Source: Eledone cirrhosa
Lineage: Eukaryota
Length of the DNA stretch: 64,000 nucleotides
Assembly: GCA_964016885.1 (NCBI GenBank)
Contig: OZ024744.1
Location: forward strand, 13,268,001-13,332,000
Direction: 5' to 3'
In this document: positions 26,401-39,870 of the stretch, in pieces
Position numbering within the stretch: the first letter of the stretch is position 1
Layout: every line of letters starts with the position of its first letter
Program-made: the position numbers and the translations under genes
Notes under the pieces: generated by a model
The model's database searches: none
The model's input: only the letters and a program-made list of their open reading frames with translations
Told to the model about the DNA's origin: nothing

Positions 26401-27420
26401 TCAGTAGATCAGAGAGTCGCTCAAGTTAAAGCCACTCTCTAAATTGAGAGATCACAACTCCAATACTATGGACATGCGGTTATAATGTCTCCGTAGATCG
26501 GAGTGTCCCTCCAGTTAAAGCTACTCTCTAAATTGAGATATCGCATCTCCCATACTCTGGACATGGGGTTTGAATGTCTCAGTAGATCAGAGAGTCGCTC
26601 AAGTTAAAGCCACTCTCTAAATTGAGAGATCACAACTCCAATAATATGGACATGGGGTTTGAAAGTCTCAGTAGATCAGAGAGTCACTCCAGTTAAAGCT
26701 ACTCTCTAAATTGAGAGATCACAACTCCAATACTATGGACATGTGGTTAGAATGTCTCAGTAGATCAGAGAATAACTCCAGTTAAAGCTACTCTCTAAAT
26801 TGAGAGATCACATCTCCCATAATATGGACATGTGGTTAGAATGTCTCAGTAGATCAGAGAGTCACTCCAGTTAACGCTACACTCTAAATTGAGAGATCAC
26901 AACTCCCATACTATGGACATGTGGTTAGAATGTCTCAGTAGAACAGAGAGTCTCTCTTGTTAAAGCTACTCTCTAAATTGAGAGATCACAACTCCATACT
27001 ATGGACATGGGGTTTGAAAGTCTCAGTAGATTAGAGAGTCATTCCAGTTAAAGCCACTCTCTAAATTGAGAGATCACAACTCCCATACTATGGACATGTG
27101 GTTAGAATGTCTCAGTAGATCAGAGAATCACTCCAGTTAAAGCTACACTCTAAATTGAGAGATCACAACTCCTATACTATGGACATGAGGTTAGAATGTC
27201 TCAGTAGATCAGAGTGTCACTCCAGTAAAAGGCACTCTCTAAGTTGAGGGATCACAACTCCCATACTATGGACATGTTGTTAGAATGTCTCAGTAGATCA
27301 GAGAATCACTCCAGTTAAAGCCACTCTCTAAATTGAGAGATCACAACTCCAATACTATGGACATGGGTTTTGAAAGTCTCAGTAGATTAGAGTGTCACTC
27401 CAGTTAAAGCTACTCTCTAA
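17300..27420. repeat. Nested block duplications: four copies of a ~10-monomer core at spacings of 30, 24 and 36 monomers; ~17300-20120 recopied at +4800 bp
   Basis: ggcaccctctaag at 18164, 20831, 22964 and 26164 (gaps 2667, 2133, 3200); atgcggttataatg at 18474, 21141, 23274 and 26474. Lines 17521-20100 match lines 22321-24900 almost base for base. Confidence 0.9.
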
Positions 27421-28569
27421 ATTGAGAGATCACAACTCCAATACTATGGACATCGGGTTTGAATGTCTCAGTAGATCAGAGAGTGGCTCAAGTTAAAGCC
27501 ACTCTCTAAATTGAGAGATCACAACTCCAATACTATGGACATGTGGTTAGAATGTCTTAGTAGATCGGAGTGTCACTCCAGTTAAAGCTACTCTCTAAAT
27601 TGAGAGATCGCATCTCCCATACTCTGGACATGGGGTTAGAATGTCTCAGTAGATCAGAGAGTCACTCTTGTTAAAGCTACTCTTTAAATTGAGAGATCAC
27701 AACTCCCATAATATGGACATGGTGTTTGAATGTCTCAGTAGATCAGAGAGTGACTCCAGTTAAAGCTACTCTCTAAATTGAGAGATCACAACTCCAATAC
27801 TATGGACATGTGGTTAGAATGTCTCAGTAGATCAGAGAATCACTCCAGTTAAAGCTATTCTCTAAATTAAGAGATCACATCTCCCATACTATGGACATGT
27901 GGTTAGAATGTCTCAGTAGATCAGAGAGTCACTCCAGTTAACGCTACACTCTAAATTGAGAGATCACAACTCCCATGCTATGGACATGTGGTTAGAATGT
28001 CTCAGTAGATCAGAGAGTCACTCCAGTTAAAGTCACTCTCTAAATTGAGAGATCACAACTCCAATACTATGGACATGGTGTTTGAAAGTCTCAGTAGATC
28101 AGAGTGTCACTCCAGTTAAAGCTACTCTCTAAATTGAGAGATCACATCTCCCATACTATGGACATGTGGTTAGAATGTCTCAGTAGATCAGAGAGTCACT
28201 CTTGTTAAAGCTACTCTCTAAATTGAGAGATCACAACTCCCATACTATGGACATGTTGTTTAAATGTCTCAGTAGATCAGAGTATCACTCCAGTTAAAGC
28301 TGCTCTCTAAATTGAGAGATCGCAACTCCCATACTATGGACATGGGGTTTGAATGTCTCACTAGATCAGAGAGTCACTCCAGTTAAAGCTACTCTCTAAA
28401 TTGAGAGATCACAACTCCAACGCTATGGACATGGGGTTTGAATGTCTCAGTAGATCAGAGTGTCACTCCAGTTAAAGTTACTCTCTAAATTGAGAGATCA
28501 CAAATCCAATAATATGGACATGGGGTTTGAATGTTTCAGTAGATCAGAGAGTCACTCCAGTTAAAGCTA

Positions 28570-31500
28570 CTCTCTAAATTGAGAGATCACAACTCCAATA
28601 CTATGGACATGGGGTTTGAATGTCTCAGTAGATCAGAGAGTCGCTCAAGTTAAAGCCACTCTCTAAATTGAGAGATCACAACTCCAATACTATGGACATG
28701 TGGTTAGAATGTCTTAGTAGATCGGAGTGTCACTCCAGTTAAAGCTACTCTCTAAATTGAGAGATCGCATCTCCCATACTCTGGACATGGGGTTAGAATG
28801 TCTCAGTAGATCAGAGAGTCACTCTTGTTAAAGCTACTCTTTAAATTGAGAGATCACAACTCCCATAATATGGACATGGGGTTTGAATGTCTCAGTAGAA
28901 CAGAGAGTCACTCCAGTTAAAGCTACTCTCTAAATTGAGAGATCACAACTCCAATACTATGGACATGTGGTTAGAATGTCTCAGTAGATCAGAGAATCAC
29001 TCCAGTTAAAGCTATTCTCTAAATTAAGAGATCACATCTCCCATACTATGGACATGTGGTTAGAATGTCTCAGTAGATCAGAGAGTCACTCCAGTTAACG
29101 CTACACTCTAAATTGAGAGATCACAACTCCCATGCTATGGACATGTGGTTAGAATGTCTCAGTAGATCAGAGAGTCACTCCAGTTAAAGTCACTCTCTAA
29201 ATTGAGAGATCACAACTCCAATACTATGGACATGGTGTTTGAAAGTCTCAGTAGATTAGAGTGTCACTCAAGTTAAAGCTACTCTCTAAATTGAGAGATC
29301 ACAACTCCAATACTATGGACATGGGGTTTGAATGTCTCAGTAGATCAGAGAGTCGCTCAAGTTAAAGCCACTCTCTAAATTGAGAGATCACAACTCCAAT
29401 ACTATGGACATGTGGTTAGAATGTCTCAGTAGATCAGAGTGTCACTCCAGTTAAAGCTACTCTCTAAATTGAGAGATCACATCTCCCATACTATGGACAT
29501 GTGGTTAGAATGTCTCAGTAGATCAGAGAGTCACTCTTGTTAAAGCTACTCTCTAAATTAAGAGATCACAACTCCCATACTATGGACATGTTGTTTAAAT
29601 GTCTCAGTAGATCAGAGTATCACTCCAGTTAAAGCTGCTCTCTAAATTGAGAGATCGCAACTCCCATACTATGGACATGGGGTTTGAATGTCTCACGAGA
29701 TCAGATAGTCACTCCAGTTAAAGCTACTCTCTAAATTGAGAGATCACAACTCCAACACTATGGACATGTGGTTAGAATGTCTCAGTAGATCAGAGAATCA
29801 CTCCAGTTAAAGCTACTCTCTTAATTGAGAGATCACATCTCCCATACTATGGACATGTGGTTAGAATATCTCAGTAGAACAGAGAGTCTCTCTTGTTAAA
29901 GCTACTCTCTAAATTGAGAGATCACAACTCCATACTATGGACATGGGGTTTGAAAGTCTCAGTAGATTAGAGTGTCACTCCAGTTAAAGCCACTCTCTAA
30001 ATTCAGAGATCATAACTCCAACACTATGGACATGGGGTTTGAATGTCTCAGTAGATCAGAGTGTCACTCCAGTTAAAGTTACTCTCTAAATTGAGAGATC
30101 ACAAATCCAATAATATGGACATGGGGTTTGAATGTTTCAGTAGATCAGAGAGTCACTCCAGTTAAAGCTACTTTCTAAATTGAGAGATCACAACTCCAAT
30201 ACTATGGACATGTGTTTAGAACGTCTCAGTAGATCAGAGAGTCATTCCAGTTAAAGCCACTCTCTAAATTGAGAGATCACAACTCCAATACTATAGACAT
30301 GTGGTTACAATCTCTCAGTAGATCAGAGAGTCACTTCAGTTAAAGCCACTCTCTAAATTGAGAGATCACAACTCCAATACTATGGACATGGGGTTTGAAT
30401 GTCTCACTAGATCAGAGAGTCACTCCAGTTAAAGCTACTCTCTAAATTGAGAGATCACAACTCCAATACTATGGACATGTGGTTAGAATGTCTCAGTAGA
30501 TCAGAGAATCACTCCAGTTAAAGCTACACTCTAAATTGAGAGATCACAACTCCTATACTATGGACATGGGGTTAGAATGTCTCAGTAGAACAGAGAGTCT
30601 CTCTTGCTAAAGATACTCTCTAAATTGAGAGATCACAACTCCATACTATGGACATGGAGTTTGAAAGTCTCAGTAGATTAGAGAGTCATTCCAGTTAAAG
30701 CCACTCTCTAAATTGAGAGATCACAACTCCCATACTATGGACGTGTGGTTAGAATGTCTCAGTAGATCAGAGAATCACTCCAGTTAAAGCTACACTCTAA
30801 ATTGAGAGATCACAACTCCTATACTATGGACATGGGGTCAGAATGTCTCAGTAGATCAGAGTGTCACTCCAGTAAAAGGCACTCTCTAAGTTGAGGGATC
30901 ACAACTCCCATACTATGGACATGTTGTTAGAATGTCTCAGTAGATCAGAGAATCACTCCAGTTAAAGCCACTCTCTAAGTTGAGAGATCACAACTCCAAT
31001 ACTATGGACATGGGTTTTGAAAGTCTCAGTAGATTAGAGTGTCACTCCAGTTAAAGCTACTCTCTAAATTGAGAGATCACAACTCCAATACTATGGACAT
31101 GGGGTTTGAATGTCTCAGTAGATCAGACAGTCGCTCAAGTTAAAGCCACTCTCTAAATTGAGAGATCACAACTCCAATACTATGGACATGTGGTTAGAAT
31201 GTCTCAGTAGATCGGAGTGTCACTCCAGTTAAAGCTACTCTCTAAATTGAGAGATCGCATCTCCCATATGCTGGACATGGGGTTAGAATGTCTCAGTAGA
31301 TCAGAGAGTCACTCTTGTTAAAGCTACTCTTTAAATTGAGAGATCACAACTCCCATAATATGGACATGGGGTTTGAATGTCTCAGTAGATCAGAGAGTCA
31401 CTCCAGTTAAAGCTACTCTCTAAATTGAGAGATCACAACTCCAATACTATGGACATGTGGTTAGAATGTCTCAGTAGATCAGAGAATCACTCCAGTTAAA

Positions 31501-34500
31501 GCTACTCTCTAAATTGAGAGATCACATCTCCCATACTATGGACATGTGGTTAGAATGTCTCAGTAGATCAGAGAGTCACTCCAGTTAACGCTACAATCTA
31601 AATTGAGAGATCACAACTCCCATACTATGGACATGTGGTTAGAATGTCTCAGTAGATCAGAGAGTCACTCCAGTTAAAGCCACTCTCTAAATTGAGAGAT
31701 CACAACTCCAATACTATGGACATGTGGTTAGAATGTCTCAGTAGATCAGAGAATCACTCTAGTTAAAGCTAGTCTCTAAATTGAGAGATCACAACTCCCA
31801 TACTATGGACATGTGGTTAGAATGTCTCAGTAGATCAGAGAGTCACTCCAGTTAGAGCTACTCTCTAAATTGAGAGATCACAACTCCAATACTATGGACA
31901 TGTGGTTAGAATGTCTCAGTAGATCAGGGAGTCATTCTTGTTAAAGCTACTCTCTAAATTGAGAGATCAAAACTCCCATACTATGGACATGTGGTTACAT
32001 TCTCTCAGTAGATCAGAGAGACATTCCTGTTAAAGCTACTCTCTAAATTGAGAGATCACAACTCCCATACTATGGAAATGTGGTTAGAATGTCTCAGTAG
32101 ATCAGAGAGTCACTCCAGTTAAAGCCACTCTCTAAATTGAGTGATCACAACTCCAATACTATGGACATGTGGTTAGAATGTCTCAGTAGATCAGAAAGTC
32201 ACTCCAGTTAAAGCTACACTCTAAATTGAGAGATCACAACTCCCATACTATGGACATGGGTTTAGAATGTCTCAGTAGATCAGAGTGTCACTCCAGTTAA
32301 AGCCACTCTCTAAATTGAGGGATCACAACTCCCATACTATGGACATGTTGTTAGAATGTCTCAGGAGATCAGAGAGTCACTCCAGTTAAAGCCACTCTCT
32401 AAATTGAGAGATCACAACTCCAATACTATGGCCATGGGGTTAGAATGTCTCAGTAGATCAGAGAGTCACTCCAGTTAAAGCCACTCTCTAAATTGAGAGA
32501 TCACAACTCCCATACTATGGACATGTGGTTAGAATGTCTCAGTAGATCAGAAAGTCACTCCAGTTAAAGCCACTCTCTAAATTGAGAGATCACAACTCCA
32601 ATACTATGGACATGTGGTTAGAATGTCTCAGTAGATCAGAGAATCACTCTAGTTAAAGCTACTCTCTAAATTGAGAGATCACAACTCCCATACTATGGAC
32701 ATGTGGTTAGAATGTCTCAGTAGATCAGAGAGTCACTCCAGTTAGAGCTACTCTCTAAATTGAGAGATCACAACTCCCATACTATGGACATGTGGTTAGA
32801 ATGTCTCAGTAGATCAGAGAGTCACTCCAGTTAAAGCCACTATCTAAATTGAGAGATCACAACTCCCATACTATGGACATGTGGTTAGAACGTCTCAGTA
32901 GATCAGAGAGTCACTTCAGTTAAAGCCACTCTCTAAATTAAGAGATCACAACTTCCATACTATGGACATGTGGTTAGAATGTCTCAGTAGATCAGAGAGT
33001 CACTCCAGTTAAAGCCACTCTCTAAATTGAGAGATCACAACTCCAATACTATGGTCATGTGGTTAGAATGTCTCAGTAGATCAGAGAGTCACTCCAGTTA
33101 AAGCCACTCTCTAAATTCAGAGACCACAACTCCAACACTATGGACATGGGCTTTGAATGTCTCAGTAGATCAGAGTGTCACTCCAGTTAAAGCCACTCTC
33201 TAAATTGAGAGTTCACAACTCCAATACTATGGACATGTGGTTAGAATGTCTCAGTAGATCAGGGAGTCATTCTTGTTAAAGCTACTCTCTAAATTGAGAG
33301 ATCAAAACTCCCATACTATGGACATGTGGTTACAATCTCTCGGTAGATCAGAGAGACATTCCAGTTAAAGCTACTCTCTAAATTGAGAGATCACAACTCC
33401 CATACTATGGAAATGTGGTTAGAATGTCTCAGTAGATCAGAGAGTCACTCCAGTTAAAGCCACTCTCTAAATTGAGAGATCACAACTCCAATACTATGGA
33501 CATGTGGTTAGAATGTCTCAGTAGATCAGAAAGTCACTCCAGTTAAAGCTACACTCTAAATTGAGAGATCACAACTCCCATACTATGGACATGGGGTTAG
33601 AATGTCTCAGTAGATCAGAGTGTCACTCCAGTTAAAGCCACTCTCTAAATTGAGGGATCACAACTCCCATACTATGGACATGTTGTTAGAATGTCTCAGT
33701 AGATCAGAGAGTCACTCCAGTTAAAGCCACTCTCTAAATTGAGAGATCACAACTCCAATACTATGGCCATGTGGTTAGAATGTCTCAGTAGATCAGAGAG
33801 TCACTCCAGTTAAAGCCACTCTCTAAATTGAGAGATCACAACTCCAATACTATGGACATGTGGTTAGAATGTCTCAGTAGATCAGAGCATAACTCCAATT
33901 AAAGCTACTCTCTAAATTGAGAGATCACATCTCCCATAATATGGACATGTGTTTAGAATGTCTCAGTAGATCAGAGAGTTACTCCAGTTAACGCTACACT
34001 CTAAATTGAGAGATCACAACTCCCATACTATGGACATGTGGTTAGAATGTCTCAGTAGAACAGAGAGTCTCTCTTGTTAAAGCTACTCTCTAAATTGAGA
34101 GATCACAACTCCATACTATGGACATGGGGTTTGAAAGTCTCAGTAGATTAGAGAGTCATTCCAGTTAAAGCCACTCTCTAAATTGAGAGATCACAACTCC
34201 CATACTATGGACATGTGGTTAGAATGTCTCAGTAGATCAGAGAATCACTCCAGTTAAAGCTACACTCTAAATTGAGAGATCACAACTCCTATACTATGGA
34301 CATGGGGTTAGAATGTCTCAGTAGATCAGAGTGTCACTCCAGTAAAAGGCACTCTCTAAGTTGAGGGATCACAACTCCCATACTATGGACATGTTGTTAG
34401 AATGTCTCAGTAGATCAGAGAATCACTCCAGTTAAATCTACTCTCTAAATTGAGAGATCACAACTCCAATACTATGGACATGGGGTTTGAATGTCTCAGT

Positions 34501-37500
34501 AGATCAGAGAGTCGCTCAAGTTAAAGCCACTCTCTAAATTGAGAGATCACAACTCCAATACTATGGACATGTGGTTAGAATGTCTTAGTAGATCGGAGTG
34601 TCACTCCAGTTAAAGCTACTCTCTAAATTGAGAGATCGCATCTCCCATACTCTGGACATAGGGTTAGAATGTCTCAGTAGATCAGAGAGTCACTCTTGTT
34701 AAAGCTACTCTTTAAATTTAGAGATCACAACTCCCATAATATGGACATGGGGTTTGAATGTCTCAGTAGAACAGAGAGTCACTCCAGTTAAAGCTACTCT
34801 CTAAATTGAGAGATCACAACTCCAATACTATGGACATGTGGTTAGAATGTCTCAGTAGATCAGAGAATCACTCCAGTTAAAGCTATTCTCTAAATTAAGA
34901 GATCACATCTCCCATACTATGGACATGTGGTTAGAATGTCTCAGTAGATCAGAGAGTCACTCCAGTTAACGCTACACTCTAAATTGAGAGATCACAACTC
35001 CCATGCTATGGACATGTGGTTAGAATGTCTCAGTAGATCAGAGAGTCACTCCAGTTAAAGTCACTCTCTAAATTGAGAGATCACAACTCCAATACTATGG
35101 ACATGGTGTTTGAAAGTCTCAGTAGATTAGAGTGTCACTCCAGTTAAAGCTACTCTCTAAATTGAGAGATCACAACTCCAATACTATGGACATGGGGTTT
35201 GAATGTCTCAGTAGATCAGAGAGTCGCTCAAGTTAAAGCCACTCTCTAAATTGAGAGATCACAACTCCAATACTATGGACATGTGGTTAGAATGTCTCAG
35301 TAGATCAGAGTGTCACTCCAGTTAAAGCTACTCTCTAAATTGAGAGATCACATCTCCCATACTATGGCCATGTGGTTAGAATGTCTCAGTAGATCAGAGA
35401 GTCACTCTTGTTAAAGCTACTCTCTAAATTGAGAGATCACAACTCCCATACTATGGACATGTTGTTTAAATGTCTCAGTAGATCAGAGTATCACTCCAGT
35501 TAAAGCTGCTCTCTAAATTGAGAGATCGCAACTCCCATACTATGGACATGGGGTTTGAATGTCTCACTAGATCAGATAGTCACTCCAGTTAAAGCTACTC
35601 TCTAAATTGAGAGATCACAACTCCAATACTATGGACATGTGGTTAGAATGTCTCAGTAGATCAGAGAATCACTCCAGTTAAAGCTACTCTCTTAATTGAG
35701 AGATCACATCTCCCATACTATGGACATGTGGTTAGAATATCTCAGTAGAACAGAGAGTCTCTCTTGTTAAAGCTACTCTCTAAATTGAGAGATCACAACT
35801 CCATACTATGGACATGGGGTTTGAAAGTCTCAGTAGATTAGAGTGTCACTCCAGTTAAAGCCACTCTCTAAATTCAGAGATCATAACTCCAACACTATGG
35901 ACATGGGGTTTGAATGTCTCAGTAGATCAGAGTGTCACTCCAGTTAAAGTTACTCTCTAAATTGAGAGATCACAAATCCAATAATATGGACATGGGGTTT
36001 GAATGTTTCAGTAGATCAGAGAGTCACTCCAGTTAAAGCTACTTTCTAAATTGAGAGATCACAACTCCAATACTATGGACATGTGTTTAGAACGTCTCAG
36101 TAGATCAGAGAGTCATTCCAGTTAAAGCCAGTCTCTAAATTGAGAGATCACAACTCCAATACTATAGACATGTGGTTACAATCTCTCAGTAGATCAGAGA
36201 GTCACTTCAGTTAAAGCCACTCTCTAAATTGAGAGATCACAACTCCAATACTATGGACATGGGGTTTGAATGTCACACTAGATCAGAGAGTCACTCCAGT
36301 TAAAGCTACTCTCTAAATTGAGAGATCACAACTCCAATACTATGGACATGTGGTTAGAATGTCTCAGTAGATCAGAGAATCACTCCAGTTAAAGCTACAC
36401 TCTAAATTGAGAGATCACAACTCCTATACTATGGACATGGGGTTAGAATGTCTCAGTAGAACAGAGAGTCTCTCTTGTTAAAGATACTCTCTAAATTGAG
36501 AGATCACAACTCCATACTATGGACATGGGGTTTGAAAGTCTCAGTAGATTAGAGAGTCATTCCAGTTAAAGCCACTCTCTAAATTGAGAGATCACAACTC
36601 CCATACTATGGACGTGTGGTTAGAATGTCTCAGTAGATCAGAGAATCACTCCAGTTAAAGCTACACTCTAAATTGAGAGATCACAACTCCTATACTATGG
36701 ACATGGGGTCAGAATGTCTCAGTAGATCAGAGTGTCACTCCAGTAAAAGGCACTCTCTAAGTTGAGGGATCACAACTCCCATAATATGGACATGTTGTTA
36801 GAATGTCTCAGTAGATCAGAGAATCACTCCAGTTAAAGCCACTCTCTAAGTTGAGAGATCACAACTCCAATACTATGGACATGGGTTTTGAAAGTCTCAG
36901 TAGATTAGAGTGTCACTCCAGTTAAAGCTACTCTCTAAATTGAGAGATCACAACTCCAATACTATGGACATGGGGTTTGAATGTCTCAGTAGATCAGACA
37001 GTCGCTCAAGTTAAAGCCACTCTCTAAATTGAGAGATCACAACTCCAATACTATGGACATGTGGTTAGAATGTCTCAGTAGATCGGAGTGTCACTCCAGT
37101 TAAAGCTACTCTCTAAATTGAGAGATCGCATCTCCCATATGCTGGACATGGGGTTAGAATGTCTCAGTAGATCAGAGAGTCACTCTTGTTAAAGCTACTC
37201 TTTAAATTGAGAGATCACAACTCCCATAATATGGACATGGGGTTTGAATGTCTCAGTAGATCAGAGAGTCACTCCAGTTAAAGCTACTCTCTAAATTGAG
37301 AGATCACAACTCCAATACTATGGACATGTGGTTAGAATGTCTCAGTAGATCAGAGAATCACTCCAGTTAAAGCTACTCTCTAAATTGAGAGATCACATCT
37401 CCCATACTATGGACATGAGGTTAGAATGTCTCAGTAGATCAGAGAGTCACTCCAGTTAACGCTACAATCTAAATTGAGAGATCACAACTCCCATACTATG

Positions 37501-39870
37501 GACATGTGGTTAGAATGTCTCAGTAGATCAGAGAGTCACTCCAGTTAAAGCCACTCTCTAAATTGAGAGATCACAACTCCAATACTATGGACATGTGGTT
37601 AGAATGTCTCAGTAGATCAGAGAATCACTCTAGTTAAAGCTACTCTCTAAATTGAGAGATCACAACTCCCATACTATGGACATGTGGTTAGAATGTCTCA
37701 GTAGATCAGAGAGTCACTCCAGTTAGAGCTACTCTCTAAATTGAGAGATCACAACTCCAATACTATGGACATGTGGTTAGAATGTCTCAGTAGATCAGGG
37801 AGTCATTCTTGTTAAAGCTACTCTCTAAATTGAGAGATCAAAACTCCCATACTATGGACATGTGGTTACAATCTCTCAGTAGATCAGAGAGACATTCCTG
37901 TTAAAGCTACTCTCTAAATTGAGAGATCACAACTCCCATACTATGGAAATGTGGTTAGAATGTCTCAGTAGATCAGAGAGTCACTCCAGTTAAAGCCACT
38001 CTCTAAATTGAGTGATCACAACTCCAATACTATGGACATGTGGTTAGAATGTCTCAGTAGATCAGAAAGTCACTCCAGTTAAAGCTACACTCTAAATTGA
38101 GAGATCACAACTCCCATACTATGGACATGGGTTTAGAATGTCTCAGTAGATCAGAGTGTCACTCCAGTTAAAGCCACTCTCTAAATTGAGGGATCACAAC
38201 TCCCATACTATGGACATGTTGTTAGAATGTCTCAGTAGATCAGAGAGTCACTCCAGTTAAAGCCACTCTCTAAATTGAGAGATCACAACTCCAATACTAT
38301 GGCCATGTGGTCAGAATGTCTCAGTAGATCAGAGAGTCACTCCAGTTAAAGCCACTCTCTAAATTGAGAGATCACAACTCCCATACTATGGACATGTGGT
38401 TAGAATGTCTCAGTAGATCAGAAAGTCACTCCAGTTAAAGCCACTCTCTAAATTGAGAGATCACAACTCCAATACTATGGACATGTGGTTAGAATGTCTC
38501 AGTAGATCAGAGAATCACTCTAGTTAAAGCTACTCTCTAAATTGAGAGATCACAACTCCCATACTATGGACATGTGGTTAGAATGTCTCAGTAGATCAGA
38601 GAGTCACTCCAGTTAGAGCTACTCTCTAAATTGAGAGATCACAACTCCCATACTATGGACATGTGGTTAGAATGTCTCAGTAGATCAGAGAGTCACTCCA
38701 GTTAAAGCCACTATCTAAATAGAGAGATCACAACTCCCATACTATGGACATGTGGTTAGAATGTCTCAGTAGATCAGAGAGTCACTCCAGTTAAAGCCAC
38801 TCTCTAAATTGAGAGATCACAACTCCAATACTATGGGCATGGGGTTTGAAAGTCTCAGTAGATTAGAGTGTCACTCCAGTTAAAGCAACTCTCTAAATTG
38901 AGAGATCACCACTCCAATACTATGGAAATGTGGTTAGAACGTCTCAGTAGATCAGAGAGTCACTTCAGTTAAAGCCACTCTCTAAATTAAGAGATCACAA
39001 CTTCCATACTATGGACATGTGGTTAGAATGTCTCAGTAGATCAGAGAGTCACTCCAGTTAAAGCCACTCTCTAAATTGAGAGATCACAACTCCAATACTA
39101 TGGTCATGTGGTTAGAATGTCTCAGTAGATCAGAGAGTCACTCCAGTTAAAGCCACTCTCTAAATTCAGAGATCACAACTCCAACACTATGGACATGGGC
39201 TTTGAATGTCTCAGTAGATCAGAGTGTCACTCCAGTTAAAGCCACTCTCTAAATTGAGAGTTCACAACTCCAATACTATGGACATGTGGTTAGAATGTCT
39301 CAGTAGATCAGGGAGTCATTCTTGTTAAAGCTACTCTCTAAATTGAGAGATCAAAACTCCCATACTATGGACATGTGGTTACAATGTCTCGGTAGATCAG
39401 AGAGACATTCCAGTTAAAGCTACTCTCTAAATTGAGAGATCACAACTCCCATACTATGGAAATGTGGTTAGAATGTCTCAGTAGATCAGAGAGTCACTCC
39501 AGTTAAAGCCACTCTCTAAATTGAGAGATCACAACTCCAATACTATGGACATGTGGTTAGAATGTCTCAGTAGATCAGAAAGTCACTCCAGTTAAAGCTA
39601 CACTCTAAATTGAGAGATCACAACTCCCATACTATGGACATGGGGTTAGAATGTCTCAGTAGATCAGAGTGTCACTCCAGTTAAAGCCACTCTCTAAATT
39701 GAGGGATCACAACTCCCATACTATGGACATGTTGTTAGAATGTCTCAGTAGATCAGAGAGTCACTCCAGTTAAAGCCACTCTCTAAATTGAGAGATCACA
39801 ACTCCAATACTATGGCCATGTGGTTAGAATGTCTCAGTAGATCAGAGAGTCACTCCAGTTAAAGCCACTC
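28570..39870. repeat. Near-tandem duplication of a ~5.3-kb block at offset 66 monomers (5871 bp), rising to 68 (6049 bp) after a 2-monomer indel
   Basis: gtcttagtag 28711/34582, catggggtca 30831/36702 and catatgctgg 31265/37136 are all +5871; gttcacaac 33211/39260 is +6049. Confidence 0.92.
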
